DNA from: Syntrophorhabdaceae bacterium
Lineage (GTDB): Bacteria; Desulfobacterota; Syntrophorhabdia; Syntrophorhabdales; Syntrophorhabdaceae
NCBI GenBank assembly: GCA_963666485.2
Contig: CAXXUO010000001.1
Coordinates: 1,216,001 to 1,280,000, forward strand
Length of the DNA: 64,000 bases
Direction: 5' to 3'
The notes beneath the pieces are model-generated. The model saw only the letters and a list, made by a program, of their open reading frames with translations. It was not told the DNA's origin and made no database searches. Positions within the stretch are counted from its first letter, which is position 1. Every line of letters starts with the position of its first letter. Shown one piece after another: positions 50,349 through 59,889 of this stretch. Position numbers and translations under genes: made by a program.

Positions 50349-50531
50349 TCAGGCTTCCTCGGTCGCTATATACTGTTTTCCTTTGTACATTCCGCATTTC
50401 GGGCAGACCGCGTGCGGAAGCTTCGGCTCTTTGCAATTCGGGCAGGCAACGACTGCAACGGGGGACGCCGTATAATGCGTACGTCTCTTGTCCCGTCGTG
50501 CCTTCGCAGTTTTTCTTTTTGGTACGGCCAT
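50349..50531 (-). CDS. rpmF: 50S ribosomal protein L32
   Basis: MAVPKRK..K.RRD.RR plus CxxC..CxxC. Confidence 0.97.
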   Translation of the reverse strand: MAVPKRKTAKARRDKRRTHYTASPVAVVACPNCKEPKLPHAVCPKCGMYKGKQYIATEEA

Positions 50532-50544
50532 CTCTGACTCCTTA

Positions 50545-51060
50545 TTAATTTAAGAAAGATTTCAACTTTTCCCCGAGAAGGCTCAAGGGCGCCTCGGGAC
50601 AATCGCATTTTTCACTATTCCTGTTCTTTCCACACTGGGGGCATATGCCTTTACATGCCTCGCTGCACAGCGGCCGCACGGGCATGTCGAGCATCACCTC
50701 TTCATAGATGAACGGGTCGATGTCTATCTCATCCCCTTCATAATAATAGATATCGAGGTCTTCGCCATGGAGCTCGAGCTCGGGCGAATCAGGAAGCGCG
50801 GTGCCGGGCACGAGCTTGATGGACATCGTGAGATCGAGCTCGACGTCGAATTCCTCGAGACACCGCCCGCATTCCAGTGAAGCGGCGACATGCACGGGAC
50901 CGTCTATCGCCACGGTATCGTCGAACTTCGACACCGTGAGCTCATAGCTCACCGGCTGCAGCAGTTTGAGGTCCGTGTCGCCCAGCTGCTTGAATCGCGT
51001 AATATCCATCTCCCCCTTCAGGACCTGTGTGTCTTCAATTTCCGAAAGTCGTAGTAACAA
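50545..51060 (-). CDS. DUF177/YceD-family protein
   Basis: ECGRCL and PLCSEACKGICPQCG motifs; upstream of rpmF. Confidence 0.92.
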   Translation of the reverse strand: MLLRLSEIEDTQVLKGEMDITRFKQLGDTDLKLLQPVSYELTVSKFDDTVAIDGPVHVAASLECGRCLEEFDVELDLTMSIKLVPGTALPDSPELELHGEDLDIYYYEGDEIDIDPFIYEEVMLDMPVRPLCSEACKGICPQCGKNRNSEKCDCPEAPLSLLGEKLKSFLN

Positions 51061-51151
51061 AGCTGCCTTCTTTTTAAAGATAGATAATATAAAGAGTTTA
51101 CCGTTTTATTGTCAAGTAAATTAACCTGTTGTAAATGTTGCTCTTTTTAGC

Positions 51152-51305
51152 GTAAGGAGTGAGGAGTAAGGAGTAAGGAGTAAAAACCTTGCCCGGGTCT
51201 TCAAATTTTTCTTCCCCACATATCCGCGAGCCGGTTTGGCCAGACCGAGTGTCTGAATTTTCATTGTGCGTCGCTTTTAACTCCTTACTCCTTACTCCTT
51301 ACTCC
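51152..51305. repeat. Inverted pair of heptamer arrays (GTAAGGA vs TTACTCC)
   Basis: 51152-51183 and 51280-51305; the second overlaps the yggU stop. Confidence 0.88.
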
Positions 51306-51561
51306 GTACTATATCTTTTAGAAAGGCATCAAATTCCTTCTCGTCTATAGGTATTTCCACCACCTTCCGCCTGTCTTTTTCACCCCGAACGATCTTTATC
51401 GCTGATTTTCTGACCTTCAGGAGCTCGGACAGGTACCGTACCAGTTCGTCATTGGCCCTGCCTTCGAGGGGCTGTGATGTAAGGCGCACGGTAATACCGG
51501 GACCGTCCCGGGTGATCGCGCGTTTTCGGGCGTTGGGTATCACTTTGATCTCGACCTTCAT
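51292..51561 (-). CDS. DUF167/YggU-family protein
   Basis: KVIPNA, P.EGRAN..L and G.K.R.K motifs. Confidence 0.9.
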   Translation of the reverse strand: MKVEIKVIPNARKRAITRDGPGITVRLTSQPLEGRANDELVRYLSELLKVRKSAIKIVRGEKDRRKVVEIPIDEKEFDAFLKDIVRSKE

Positions 51562-51568
51562 GGCCTTA

Positions 51569-51865
51569 TCAGATCCGCAAGGCGAGCTGGAGTAAAAGCC
51601 GTGTGATCAATTCCTGGATGAATATAACGGCGATCATGAGGAGGAAGGGTGCGAAATCGACCATGCCGAGCCGGGTGGGCAGCATGCGCCGGATGCGGTT
51701 CGTGACAGGGTCGACAAGCCGGTAAACCAGCCTGATCACCGGATTATACGGATTGGGCCGTATCCACGAGAAAAGGGCCCGTGCGAATATGACCCAGAAG
51801 TATACCGTGAAGGCCACGTTCAGTATCTTGGCAAGATAGACGAGAAATATTCCCGCTCCGGACAT
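51569..51865 (-). CDS. YggT-family membrane protein
   Basis: SWIRPNPYNP...DP...IRR.LP...DFAP pattern. Confidence 0.9.
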   Translation of the reverse strand: MSGAGIFLVYLAKILNVAFTVYFWVIFARALFSWIRPNPYNPVIRLVYRLVDPVTNRIRRMLPTRLGMVDFAPFLLMIAVIFIQELITRLLLQLALRI

Positions 51866-51910
51866 TGCAAACCTCGTAATAGAAGAACGATCGTGATTAT
51901 AAAACGTACA

Positions 51911-53194
51911 TCAAAAGACCCGAAAAGACAACCGGCCGATAACGACCCCTTTTTCGACCCGTTCAATGTGGACCGGAGTGGGCCTGTTCTCCATCGCCCT
52001 GTCATACGGGATGTGAACGGGGATATAGTTTTCGGTATAGCCCCGCATGTACCGGCCGTGATAACGCTTACCCTCGGGTATGATCACCGCTTCGCTCCCG
52101 ACAAACCGCCGGTGAAACCCTTCCCGTTTCGCGGCGTCGATCAGTTTGAGCTCTTTTACCCTGGCCTTTTTTTCCTCCTCCCTGACCACTCCCTCCATTG
52201 ATGCGGCACGGGTGCCCGGCCGGGGAGAAAAGGGGAATACGTGGAGATAATAGATGCCGGCGGAATCGAGAAAATCTTTCGTTTCCTCGAAACACCGGGC
52301 ATCTTCTCCCGGAAAACCGGCTATAACATCAAGCCCGATGCCCGCGTCCGGTATCCTGCCAAGGAGCTTATCGAGGAGGGCGCGGATGTCGCGTGAGCGA
52401 TAGGGCCTCCCCATCGCTTCAAGGATCCTGTCGCTTCCGCTCTGAAGCGGGACATGGAAGCTCTTCGCCATTTTGGGGGATCCTGCGGCGGCCTCGATGA
52501 AATCATCCGTGAACATGAGCGGATCAACGGAACTCAGCCGTATGCGCCGGGGGGAAGGAAGATCGTCGAGCGCCCGGACCAGGTCCGTGAACCCGTACCC
52601 GTGTGCGCTGTCGTGCCAGGCGGAGATCTCGATGCCGGTGAGCACTACTTCCTCTATCCCGATCGCGCTCAGCCTTTCCATGACCTTTCGTATCTCGTCA
52701 AAGGGCCGCGAGCGGGGCATGCCGCGCGCGAAAGGTACGATGCAGTAGCTGCAGTACCTGTCGCACCCGTCCTGGATCTTGAGAAAAAAACGCGTCTTGC
52801 CCTGGGGTGCCGGGTCCCGGGGCATGTCTTCCATGTGAAGGTCGTCCCGTGGAGAGACGAACAGCCCGCTTAAGTTCATATACTCGGCGATCGAGAATTT
52901 TTCGGCCTGCCCGAGGATGAGGTCGGCACCGAAATTGTCATCGGGATAAACCTGCGCGTGGCAGCCTGTCAGTATGATCCGGGCCGTCGGGTTCTCCCTT
53001 TTCAGCCGGTTGATGAAACGGCGTATATCGCGGACGGCGCCCCGGGTCACCGTGCATCCGTTCACGATGATATGCGAAGCCTCGTTGTGCGGCGCCGGCT
53101 TGAAGCCCTCCTCCTCGAGATTGGCCCCCATGACGGAGGCGTCCCACTGGTTGGCCTTGCAGCCCGTGGTGTAAATAAAAAAACCGGGTGTCAT
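51911..53194 (-). CDS. mtaB: tRNA ms2t6A methylthiotransferase MtaB
   Basis: GCKANQ, NGCTVT, TGCHAQ, KIQDGCDRYCSYC and HVFPFSPRPGT motifs. Confidence 0.9.
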   Translation of the reverse strand: MTPGFFIYTTGCKANQWDASVMGANLEEEGFKPAPHNEASHIIVNGCTVTRGAVRDIRRFINRLKRENPTARIILTGCHAQVYPDDNFGADLILGQAEKFSIAEYMNLSGLFVSPRDDLHMEDMPRDPAPQGKTRFFLKIQDGCDRYCSYCIVPFARGMPRSRPFDEIRKVMERLSAIGIEEVVLTGIEISAWHDSAHGYGFTDLVRALDDLPSPRRIRLSSVDPLMFTDDFIEAAAGSPKMAKSFHVPLQSGSDRILEAMGRPYRSRDIRALLDKLLGRIPDAGIGLDVIAGFPGEDARCFEETKDFLDSAGIYYLHVFPFSPRPGTRAASMEGVVREEEKKARVKELKLIDAAKREGFHRRFVGSEAVIIPEGKRYHGRYMRGYTENYIPVHIPYDRAMENRPTPVHIERVEKGVVIGRLSFRVF

Positions 53195-54348
53195 GCGCGG
53201 TAAAGAGGGGACATCTCGCGCAGCCTGGCGACGATGTTTGGCAGGACCTCGAGGACGTAGTCGATATCTTCGCCGGTGTTTCCCCATCCGAGACTGAAGC
53301 GAAGGGCGCTCTGGCAGACTGCACCGGGGATGCCCATGGCGAGGAGCACGTGGGAGGGTTCGTCTGAACCGGAGGAACAGGCCGATCCGGATGAAACGGC
53401 GATACCTTTCCTGTCGAGTGAGAAGAGCAGCGACTCGGACTCGACAAATTCGAAGCTGAGGTTCAATGTATTGGGGACGCGCTCGGTCGGATGGCCGTTC
53501 AGCCGGACGTGATCTATGCGCTCGAGTATCCCGTCGAGAAGACGTTTTCGCAGCGTTTCCAGCTTCAGGGGGTATTCCTCGGCATGGGAACCGGCAATCT
53601 CGCAGGCCTTGCCGAAAGCGACTATCCCGATCACGTTCTCGGTGCCCGCCCTTCTGCCGGCTTCCTGGTGCCCGCCATGGATGAGATTGTTGAGCCGGGT
53701 CCCTTCGCGGACATACAGGGCGCCCACCCCCTTGGGGGCGTAGACCTTGTGGCCGGAGAAGCTCGCGAGGTCAATACCGAGGCCGGCCACGTCGACCGGG
53801 ATCTTCCCGAGCGCCTGCACCATGTCCGAGTGGACAGGCACGCCTTTTTCATGGGCCGCCTCGACGATATCCCTGATCGGCATCACGGTGCCCGTCTCGT
53901 TGTTGGCATACATGATGGTGACAAGGAGCGTGTCCTTCCGGATGGCGTCCCGGACGTCGTCGGGGTCCACGAGCCCGAAGCCGTCTACAGGGATATAGGT
54001 GACGGAAAACCCCTGTGTTTCGAGGTACCGGCACACGTTGAGGACAGCGGGATGCTCGACCGTCGATGTGATGATATGCCCCTTCGTATCAGAGGCATAT
54101 GCTATCCCCTTGATCGCGTGGTTGTTCGCTTCGGAGCCGCAGCTTGTTATCACGACCTCATCGCCTGCCGCCCCGATCATGCGGGCGATACCGGCGCGTG
54201 CGGCGTCGTAGGAGGCCTTGACGTCCCTTCCAGCAAAATGCGTGCTGGACGGGTTGCCGTAGAGGCCGTTCAGGAAGGGCTTTATTGCCTCGGCCACCTC
54301 GGGGTGGATGGGTGTCGTGGCGTTATTGTCGAGGTATATACGGCGCAT
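53191..54348 (-). CDS. nifS: Cysteine desulfurase (NifS/IscS type)
   Basis: YLDNNATT, GNPSS, SGHK and SSGSACSS motifs. Confidence 0.93.
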   Translation of the reverse strand: MRRIYLDNNATTPIHPEVAEAIKPFLNGLYGNPSSTHFAGRDVKASYDAARAGIARMIGAAGDEVVITSCGSEANNHAIKGIAYASDTKGHIITSTVEHPAVLNVCRYLETQGFSVTYIPVDGFGLVDPDDVRDAIRKDTLLVTIMYANNETGTVMPIRDIVEAAHEKGVPVHSDMVQALGKIPVDVAGLGIDLASFSGHKVYAPKGVGALYVREGTRLNNLIHGGHQEAGRRAGTENVIGIVAFGKACEIAGSHAEEYPLKLETLRKRLLDGILERIDHVRLNGHPTERVPNTLNLSFEFVESESLLFSLDRKGIAVSSGSACSSGSDEPSHVLLAMGIPGAVCQSALRFSLGWGNTGEDIDYVLEVLPNIVARLREMSPLYRA

Positions 54349-54357
54349 CGGGGTTTC

Positions 54358-54768
54358 TTACTCGAAGGAGACGCTCATCGCCTTTACGGGACAGACCTTC
54401 ACGCACAGTTCGCAGGCAACGCAGCGTTTATAATCAAATTCGATAGCCATCGACCGCCTGTCCTTGACGTAGAGGGCCTCCGGCGCGCAGACGCTCGTGC
54501 AGACCCCGCAATGGACGCATTTATCCTCATCCCGGTTGATATCGCGCTCCATCGGCTCTGTGTCGATGTTGAGGCTTTTCAGGTATTTCATGCCCTTCTT
54601 GAAGTTTGCTTCCGTACCCTCGAGCTCCATGACCATGAGGGATTCCGCTTTCGGCGAGATGTTCGCTCTTAAGATGTTGAAGACGAGGTTATAGTCTTTT
54701 AAGAGCCTGTAGACGATCGGCTTGTCGATCGTGTCTTTCTTAAACCGGAGAATGATCCTCTTTTTCAT
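54358..54768 (-). CDS. NIL domain + 2x[4Fe-4S] ferredoxin protein
   Basis: FNILRA (NIL), CVHCGVCTSVC and CVACELCVKVCP motifs. Confidence 0.9.
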   Translation of the reverse strand: MKKRIILRFKKDTIDKPIVYRLLKDYNLVFNILRANISPKAESLMVMELEGTEANFKKGMKYLKSLNIDTEPMERDINRDEDKCVHCGVCTSVCAPEALYVKDRRSMAIEFDYKRCVACELCVKVCPVKAMSVSFE

Positions 54769-54815
54769 TTGTTCCTCGCTCTTTTCGTGAGCAAAACATG
54801 CGGACCTGAAGGGCT

Positions 54816-55553
54816 TTACGTCTCGACAATATCGAGCTCGCCCCACGCCCCAAGCTGATCGCCCAGAATAATCAACACTGCCGTGATGCCCGGAAATTTC
54901 TGACCTTCTTCTATGGCCCTGGCAATATCGTCCTTCTTTTTTACAATATTACCGAGGTAAGTTGCAAGTCCGTCCGCGAAGAGGGCCGATTGCCCGAGGA
55001 TGCAGACCGCGTCGGCCTTTCCGAAGCTCAGCGAATGGCCCACGGTGGCCGATGACGTGCAGACGCCCCGTGATTCGGCCGAGGGGGGTATCCTGATGCC
55101 GATATGTCCGCTGAACGGCGACCGGCCCGCGTGGATCTGGATGACCCTTTCGACCGACGTCCTCAAGGAGATATCGCCGCCGTTCTCGATGATGAAATCC
55201 TGCGTGAGGCCCGAGATGTCCCGTCCTATATATTCAGAGATCGCACCTGCCACCGTTGCCATCGGGCCGACCCCCACCGCGGCGGAGGCCCGGATCATCT
55301 CCCGCGCGACAGGCGGGGCCACCGGGTCATCGCCTATCGGTACCAGGCTGTCCTGAAATAACGGGTTGGTCCTGATATATTCTTCAAGCTGATACCTGTA
55401 CGCCAGGACACGGTCCTTTATGACATCGGCAAGATCATGGCCGGTGCAGCAGAAAAGGTCCGTTTCCTTGTATTTCACCTCGTAGCATACAAGTTCCGCG
55501 GGGCGCGAGATATTCCGGTAAAATCTTTCTCCAAAACCTGTCGGTCTTTTCAT
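54816..55553 (-). CDS. UPF0280 (ApbE-like) protein
   Basis: ETDL, VGPMATVAG, ENGGD and CTSSATVGHSLSFGKADA motifs. Confidence 0.9.
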   Translation of the reverse strand: MKRPTGFGERFYRNISRPAELVCYEVKYKETDLFCCTGHDLADVIKDRVLAYRYQLEEYIRTNPLFQDSLVPIGDDPVAPPVAREMIRASAAVGVGPMATVAGAISEYIGRDISGLTQDFIIENGGDISLRTSVERVIQIHAGRSPFSGHIGIRIPPSAESRGVCTSSATVGHSLSFGKADAVCILGQSALFADGLATYLGNIVKKKDDIARAIEEGQKFPGITAVLIILGDQLGAWGELDIVET

Positions 55554-55620
55554 GATCGATACGTATGGCTTTCCGGGGTGTAATACCGGGGAAGCCGACG
55601 GAATATTATAGTATCTTGGA

Positions 55621-55649
55621 TTGATTATAGGAAATCTTTTCGCTATAAT
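55621..55649 (+). promoter_or_regulatory. Sigma70-type promoter TTGATT-N17-TATAAT, overlapped by inverted repeat ATTATAG-N12-CTATAAT
   Basis: -10 box ends 6 nt before ATG 55656; no Shine-Dalgarno. Confidence 0.6.
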
Positions 55650-55655
55650 GTCGAA

Positions 55656-56537
55656 ATGCAGATCATGTCGGCCAAGGAGTTGTCGAAGTACCTCAGGATA
55701 AACGAGAAAATGATCTACCGTCTCGTGCAGGAATCGAGGCTGCCCGCGGTCAGGATCGGCGGTAAGATATCTTTCGCCAAAGAACTCATCGACGACTGGA
55801 TCCTGGAGAATACCCAGCGCGAGAAGCTGATCTTTATCGCGGGGAGCGACGACCCGCTCCTTAAGAAGATCATAGACCTCTTCAATGCCTCCCAGAAGGG
55901 CACCACCATCTTTTACGCATCGGTGGGGAGCATGCGGGGACTGGAACTGCTCAGGGACCACGTGGCATCCGCCGCGTGCGTCCACATTTACGATGTTGAA
56001 CAGAAGGCGTATACGCTGTCGTATATCAGGCGCTACCTGGAAAGCGAGAACTATGCGGTCATCAACCTGTTCTTCCGCGAGCAGGGGATCTACGTGCCGA
56101 GGGGCAACCCTGCCGGGATAACGTCGATCTCCGACCTTGCGTCGGGCAACATCCGTTTCATCAACAGGAGAAAAGGGACGGGCACGCGGCTGCTCTTTGA
56201 TTTCCTTCTTATGGAAGCAGGCATAGACCCCTCCCGGATAAACGGGTACGAGCGCGAGGCGGAATCACACTTAGGGGCCGGCACCGCTGTCGTCAGGGGG
56301 GGCGCCGATGCCTCCGTGGGCATCCGGTACATTGCGCACATGCTCAATCTCGATTTCGTACCTCTCTTCAAGGAAAGGTTCGATCTTGTCGTACCGTATG
56401 AGAGGTTCGGCAATGCCCAGACCAAGGCCTTTTTGGATTTCCTGAACGAGCCTCTTTTCATGCACTCCATGAAGGACCACGAAGGCTATGACATGTCGCA
56501 GATGGGCAGCGTCCTGACGAAAGACGTCTCCCGTTGA
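55656..56537 (+). CDS. Excisionase-type HTH + PBP-like (molybdate/tungstate-binding-like) regulator
   Basis: N-terminal HTH_17 (ELSKYLRI.EK.IYRL...LPAVRIG); AGSDD, GSMRGL, REQG and INR..GTGTR motifs. Confidence 0.88.
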   Translation: MQIMSAKELSKYLRINEKMIYRLVQESRLPAVRIGGKISFAKELIDDWILENTQREKLIFIAGSDDPLLKKIIDLFNASQKGTTIFYASVGSMRGLELLRDHVASAACVHIYDVEQKAYTLSYIRRYLESENYAVINLFFREQGIYVPRGNPAGITSISDLASGNIRFINRRKGTGTRLLFDFLLMEAGIDPSRINGYEREAESHLGAGTAVVRGGADASVGIRYIAHMLNLDFVPLFKERFDLVVPYERFGNAQTKAFLDFLNEPLFMHSMKDHEGYDMSQMGSVLTKDVSR

Positions 56538-56583
56538 GGCGGCCGCTTAAGAATACATCGATTCGGTAAGAAGAACTTCCCGC

Positions 56584-57426
56584 GTGAAAAGATCACTTTC
56601 AGAAAAAGACAGGCAGGCAACTGAGAAACGCGTCGATATCGAGATCGACCCGGGCGCCTGCGAGCTCCTTCCCGAGGACATATACACCGTTCATTCCCCG
56701 ACGGGCCTGTGGATCATCGAAGAAAATACCCGGACCATCATGCGTGCGTACCCCGAACACGTGGAAACATATATCGACGCGGTGCGTGCAAGCGGCATCA
56801 GGACCGGGAAGATAACCGTTACAGAAGAGCCGCGGCGCGACTACGCGGACATGGCCCGCAAATATTTCCGCCCCATATCGATAGAGGATATCGTTATCCG
56901 GGCGCCGTGGAATGCGAAGCGTGCGGGCGTTTCCTATATTACGATCGAGCCGGGCATGGCATTCGGGACCGGACGCCATGAGTCGACGCGCCTCATGATG
57001 AGAATGATCAGGGACGTCGATCTTGCGGGCATGCGGGTCCTCGATCTCGGGTGCGGCTCCGGCCTTCTGTCCCTGTACGCCCGTCTCAAGGGCGCGAAAT
57101 ATGTCTACGCGGTGGACAATGACATCGACGCCGTTCTTTCGGCACAGAAGAATGTCCGGCTCAACGACATGTCCGGCATCGAGCTTGTCTGCGCCGACCT
57201 CAAGGATGTGCACGGAAGGTATGATGTCGTGCTCGCCAATCTCGACATCCGGACATTCGCCCTGCATTCGACGCATATCAAGGCGCTGTGGAAAAAGAAC
57301 GGCACCCTTATCATATCCGGGATCATCGGCCGTGAGAAAAAGGAGGCCTTGAGCCTTTTCCTTCCCTGCCAGCCGGTCACAGAGGTGAAAAAGAATTCCT
57401 GGAGAGGCTATATCTTCAGGCGATAA
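56584..57426 (+). CDS. prmA: Ribosomal protein L11 methyltransferase
   Basis: IEPGMAFGTGRHEST and VLDLGCGSG motifs. Confidence 0.9.
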   Translation: MKRSLSEKDRQATEKRVDIEIDPGACELLPEDIYTVHSPTGLWIIEENTRTIMRAYPEHVETYIDAVRASGIRTGKITVTEEPRRDYADMARKYFRPISIEDIVIRAPWNAKRAGVSYITIEPGMAFGTGRHESTRLMMRMIRDVDLAGMRVLDLGCGSGLLSLYARLKGAKYVYAVDNDIDAVLSAQKNVRLNDMSGIELVCADLKDVHGRYDVVLANLDIRTFALHSTHIKALWKKNGTLIISGIIGREKKEALSLFLPCQPVTEVKKNSWRGYIFRR

Positions 57427-57437
57427 TCGGGGGCACT

Positions 57438-58040
57438 ATGAACGTAGGTTTTCTTGCATCCCATGGCGGAAGCAACATGCAGGCGATAATCGACGCGGCT
57501 AAAAAGGGGACACTGCATGCCCGGCCCGTTGTCGTGATCAGCAATAATGCGGATTCGACAGCGCTTGAAAGGGCACGGACGGAGGGCATCCCGGGATTTT
57601 ACCTGAGCGGGAACGTATACCCCGATCCCGATATGCTCGACCAGGCAATCCTCAAGGTCCTCATCGCGCATCAGGTCGATATCGTTGCGCTTGCCGGCTA
57701 TATGAAGAAGCTGGGGCCCAAAACGCTTTCGCATTTTAAAGGGAGGGTGCTCAACATTCATCCGGCCCTTCTGCCGAAGCACGGAGGAAAAGGGATGTAC
57801 GGCATTCACGTTCATGAGTCCGTCATAGCCGCCCGCGAAACAGAATCGGGCGTGACGATCCACCTTGTGACCGATGAATACGACCGTGGGCCCATCATCG
57901 CGCAGGTGCGCGTGCCGGTCGAACCCGGCGACACCCCCGAGGTCCTCGCCGCCCGCGTTCTCATTGAAGAGCACAAACTCTACCCCGCCACCCTCGAACG
58001 CATCGTGACCGGGGAAATTAATCTCGATAATTACAGGTAA
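57438..58040 (+). CDS. purN: Phosphoribosylglycinamide formyltransferase
   Basis: GSNMQAI, LAGYM, NIHPALLP and YDRGPII motifs. Confidence 0.96.
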   Translation: MNVGFLASHGGSNMQAIIDAAKKGTLHARPVVVISNNADSTALERARTEGIPGFYLSGNVYPDPDMLDQAILKVLIAHQVDIVALAGYMKKLGPKTLSHFKGRVLNIHPALLPKHGGKGMYGIHVHESVIAARETESGVTIHLVTDEYDRGPIIAQVRVPVEPGDTPEVLAARVLIEEHKLYPATLERIVTGEINLDNYR

Positions 58041-58082
58041 TAGAATAGATTCGGGATAAACCTTCAACGTCATTCGGGTGAA

Positions 58083-58323
58083 GAGACTGTGTCGCAATCA
58101 TTTTCCCCTGCCCGATGCGAGCAAAGATACCAGAATCTACCAGCCCCGTCATTCCGGCGAAGGCCGGAATCCAGTGTCTCTGTTGTTATTGTAATTTAAT
58201 AGTATTATTGACATGTAACAGAACTATTTTGAATTATCCATGGTCTTGATTGATCATAAAAACAAGAAAAGACCCTGGATCCCGGCCTTCGCCGGGATGA
58301 CGACGTAGTTGTGACAAAGTCTC
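58083..58323. mobile_element. MITE (241 bp) with 15-bp terminal inverted repeats, carrying an internal REP doublet and inserted into a REP hairpin
   Basis: GAGACTGTGTCGCAA vs reverse complement of right end GAGACTTTGTCACAA (13/15); GAA on both flanks; internal REPs at 58148-58174 and 58275-58301. Confidence 0.7.
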
Positions 58324-58386
58324 GAAAGCCGGAATGACGGAAAAGAAGAAACGGGGTCCTGTCAAAAAAGTTGTGAGATGCATCTC

Positions 58387-59295
58387 CTAATCGAACATTG
58401 CTTCGGCGAAGTCTTTGGCGCTGAAGGGGATGAGGTCGTCTATCTTTTCACCGACCCCGATGTAGCGCACCGGTATTTTCAGAAGGTGCGCGATGGGCAG
58501 GATGAAGCCGCCCTTGGCGGTCCCGTCAAGTTTTGTGATGATGATGCCGGAGATGCCGACGGCGTCGTTGAACGCCTTCGCCTGGGCGATCGCGTTCTGG
58601 CCGTTCGTGGCGTCGACGACGAGAAGGATCTCATGAGGGGCGCTTTCGACCTCCTTTGAAATGACGCGATGGATCTTTTTCATCTCTTCCATGAGGTTCG
58701 ACTTGGTATGAAGCCTGCCGGCGGTATCGAGGATGACGATGTCGGTCCCGCGCGATTTCGCGGCCTTGACGGCATCAAAGGCCACCGCTGCGGGGTCGGA
58801 CCCATCGGCATGCTTCACCATTTCGACGTTGAGGCGCTTTGCCCACACGTCGAGCTGTTCTATTGCCGCGGCGCGGAAGGTATCACATGCGCCGAGGAGC
58901 ACCTTCTTTTTATCGGCAAGGTATATGCTGGCTAGTTTTGCTATAGTTGTCGTCTTGCCGACCCCGTTGACGCCGAGCGTGAGGATAACGAATGGCTTTT
59001 TGCCGTTCACAGCCATGGGGGCTTCGATCGGGGCAAGCAGCTTCTCGACTTCTTCCTTCATGGATGACCTGATGTCCTCCATGGTCTTGATGTACCCGCG
59101 CCTCCATTTGTCTTTCAGTGCATCGACAAGAAGCTCGGTCGTGGGGAGCCCGGCGTCGGCAAGTATCAATGCCTCCTCTATCTCGTCGAAGGCATCTTCT
59201 TCTATGGGCTTTCCCTGGACCATCCATTCGATCTTTGTCTTGATCTGGTCCCGGGTCTTTGTGAGCCCGCTCTTTATTTTTTCAAAAAAACCCAT
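58387..59295 (-). CDS. ftsY: Signal recognition particle receptor FtsY
   Basis: GVNGVGKTTT, DTFRAAA, DTAGR and TKLDGTAKGG motifs. Confidence 0.97.
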   Translation of the reverse strand: MGFFEKIKSGLTKTRDQIKTKIEWMVQGKPIEEDAFDEIEEALILADAGLPTTELLVDALKDKWRRGYIKTMEDIRSSMKEEVEKLLAPIEAPMAVNGKKPFVILTLGVNGVGKTTTIAKLASIYLADKKKVLLGACDTFRAAAIEQLDVWAKRLNVEMVKHADGSDPAAVAFDAVKAAKSRGTDIVILDTAGRLHTKSNLMEEMKKIHRVISKEVESAPHEILLVVDATNGQNAIAQAKAFNDAVGISGIIITKLDGTAKGGFILPIAHLLKIPVRYIGVGEKIDDLIPFSAKDFAEAMFD

Positions 59296-59328
59296 ACAGT
59301 ATCCACCATTAAAAGAAAAAAGGGTCCG

Positions 59329-59889
59329 TTAACGATTTTCCTTTGAATCCCGGGCATAGAACCCGACGTTGTTATAGATGTAAAGCTCCATCTCTTTCTC
59401 GTACCATTGGACCTCTTCTTCGATGAGGGCCTCGAGACGGGCCTTGTCGATGATGCCGGACCGTCCCATCGCTTTTACTTCGTTTATAGACGTAAGAGGA
59501 TAGTCATACTCGTATCGTTTGATGTAATCGTCGAGGGCCTTCATTCCAGCCGCTTTGTCTATACTGAGGAGAATGAGGGCCTTGTATCCGTACATGCGCA
59601 GGTACGACAATCTGTCGAGAGGGCATTTTTCTGCCTGTTCGATCATTGTCCGTGCATTTTCAAGTTGCCCTTTCTTATATGCCGTCGCCGCCAGGTAGGT
59701 AAATACGGCCGCATCGCCCTGGACCTTTGCCGCCTCCTCAAAAGATTTCCGGGCTTCTTCGTATTTACCTGCGTTGAACAGGTCCTTGCCCGCGAGGAGG
59801 TTTCGTGAATATACAGCATAGGTAGTACACGAAAGCAGAAGAAATGAAACTGCGATCAGTCCGAATCCGGAACGTACGGTTTTCCGCAT
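59329..59889 (-). CDS. TPR-containing lipoprotein
   Basis: Lipobox LLSC and TPR-like helices. Confidence 0.7.
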   Translation of the reverse strand: MRKTVRSGFGLIAVSFLLLSCTTYAVYSRNLLAGKDLFNAGKYEEARKSFEEAAKVQGDAAVFTYLAATAYKKGQLENARTMIEQAEKCPLDRLSYLRMYGYKALILLSIDKAAGMKALDDYIKRYEYDYPLTSINEVKAMGRSGIIDKARLEALIEEEVQWYEKEMELYIYNNVGFYARDSKENR

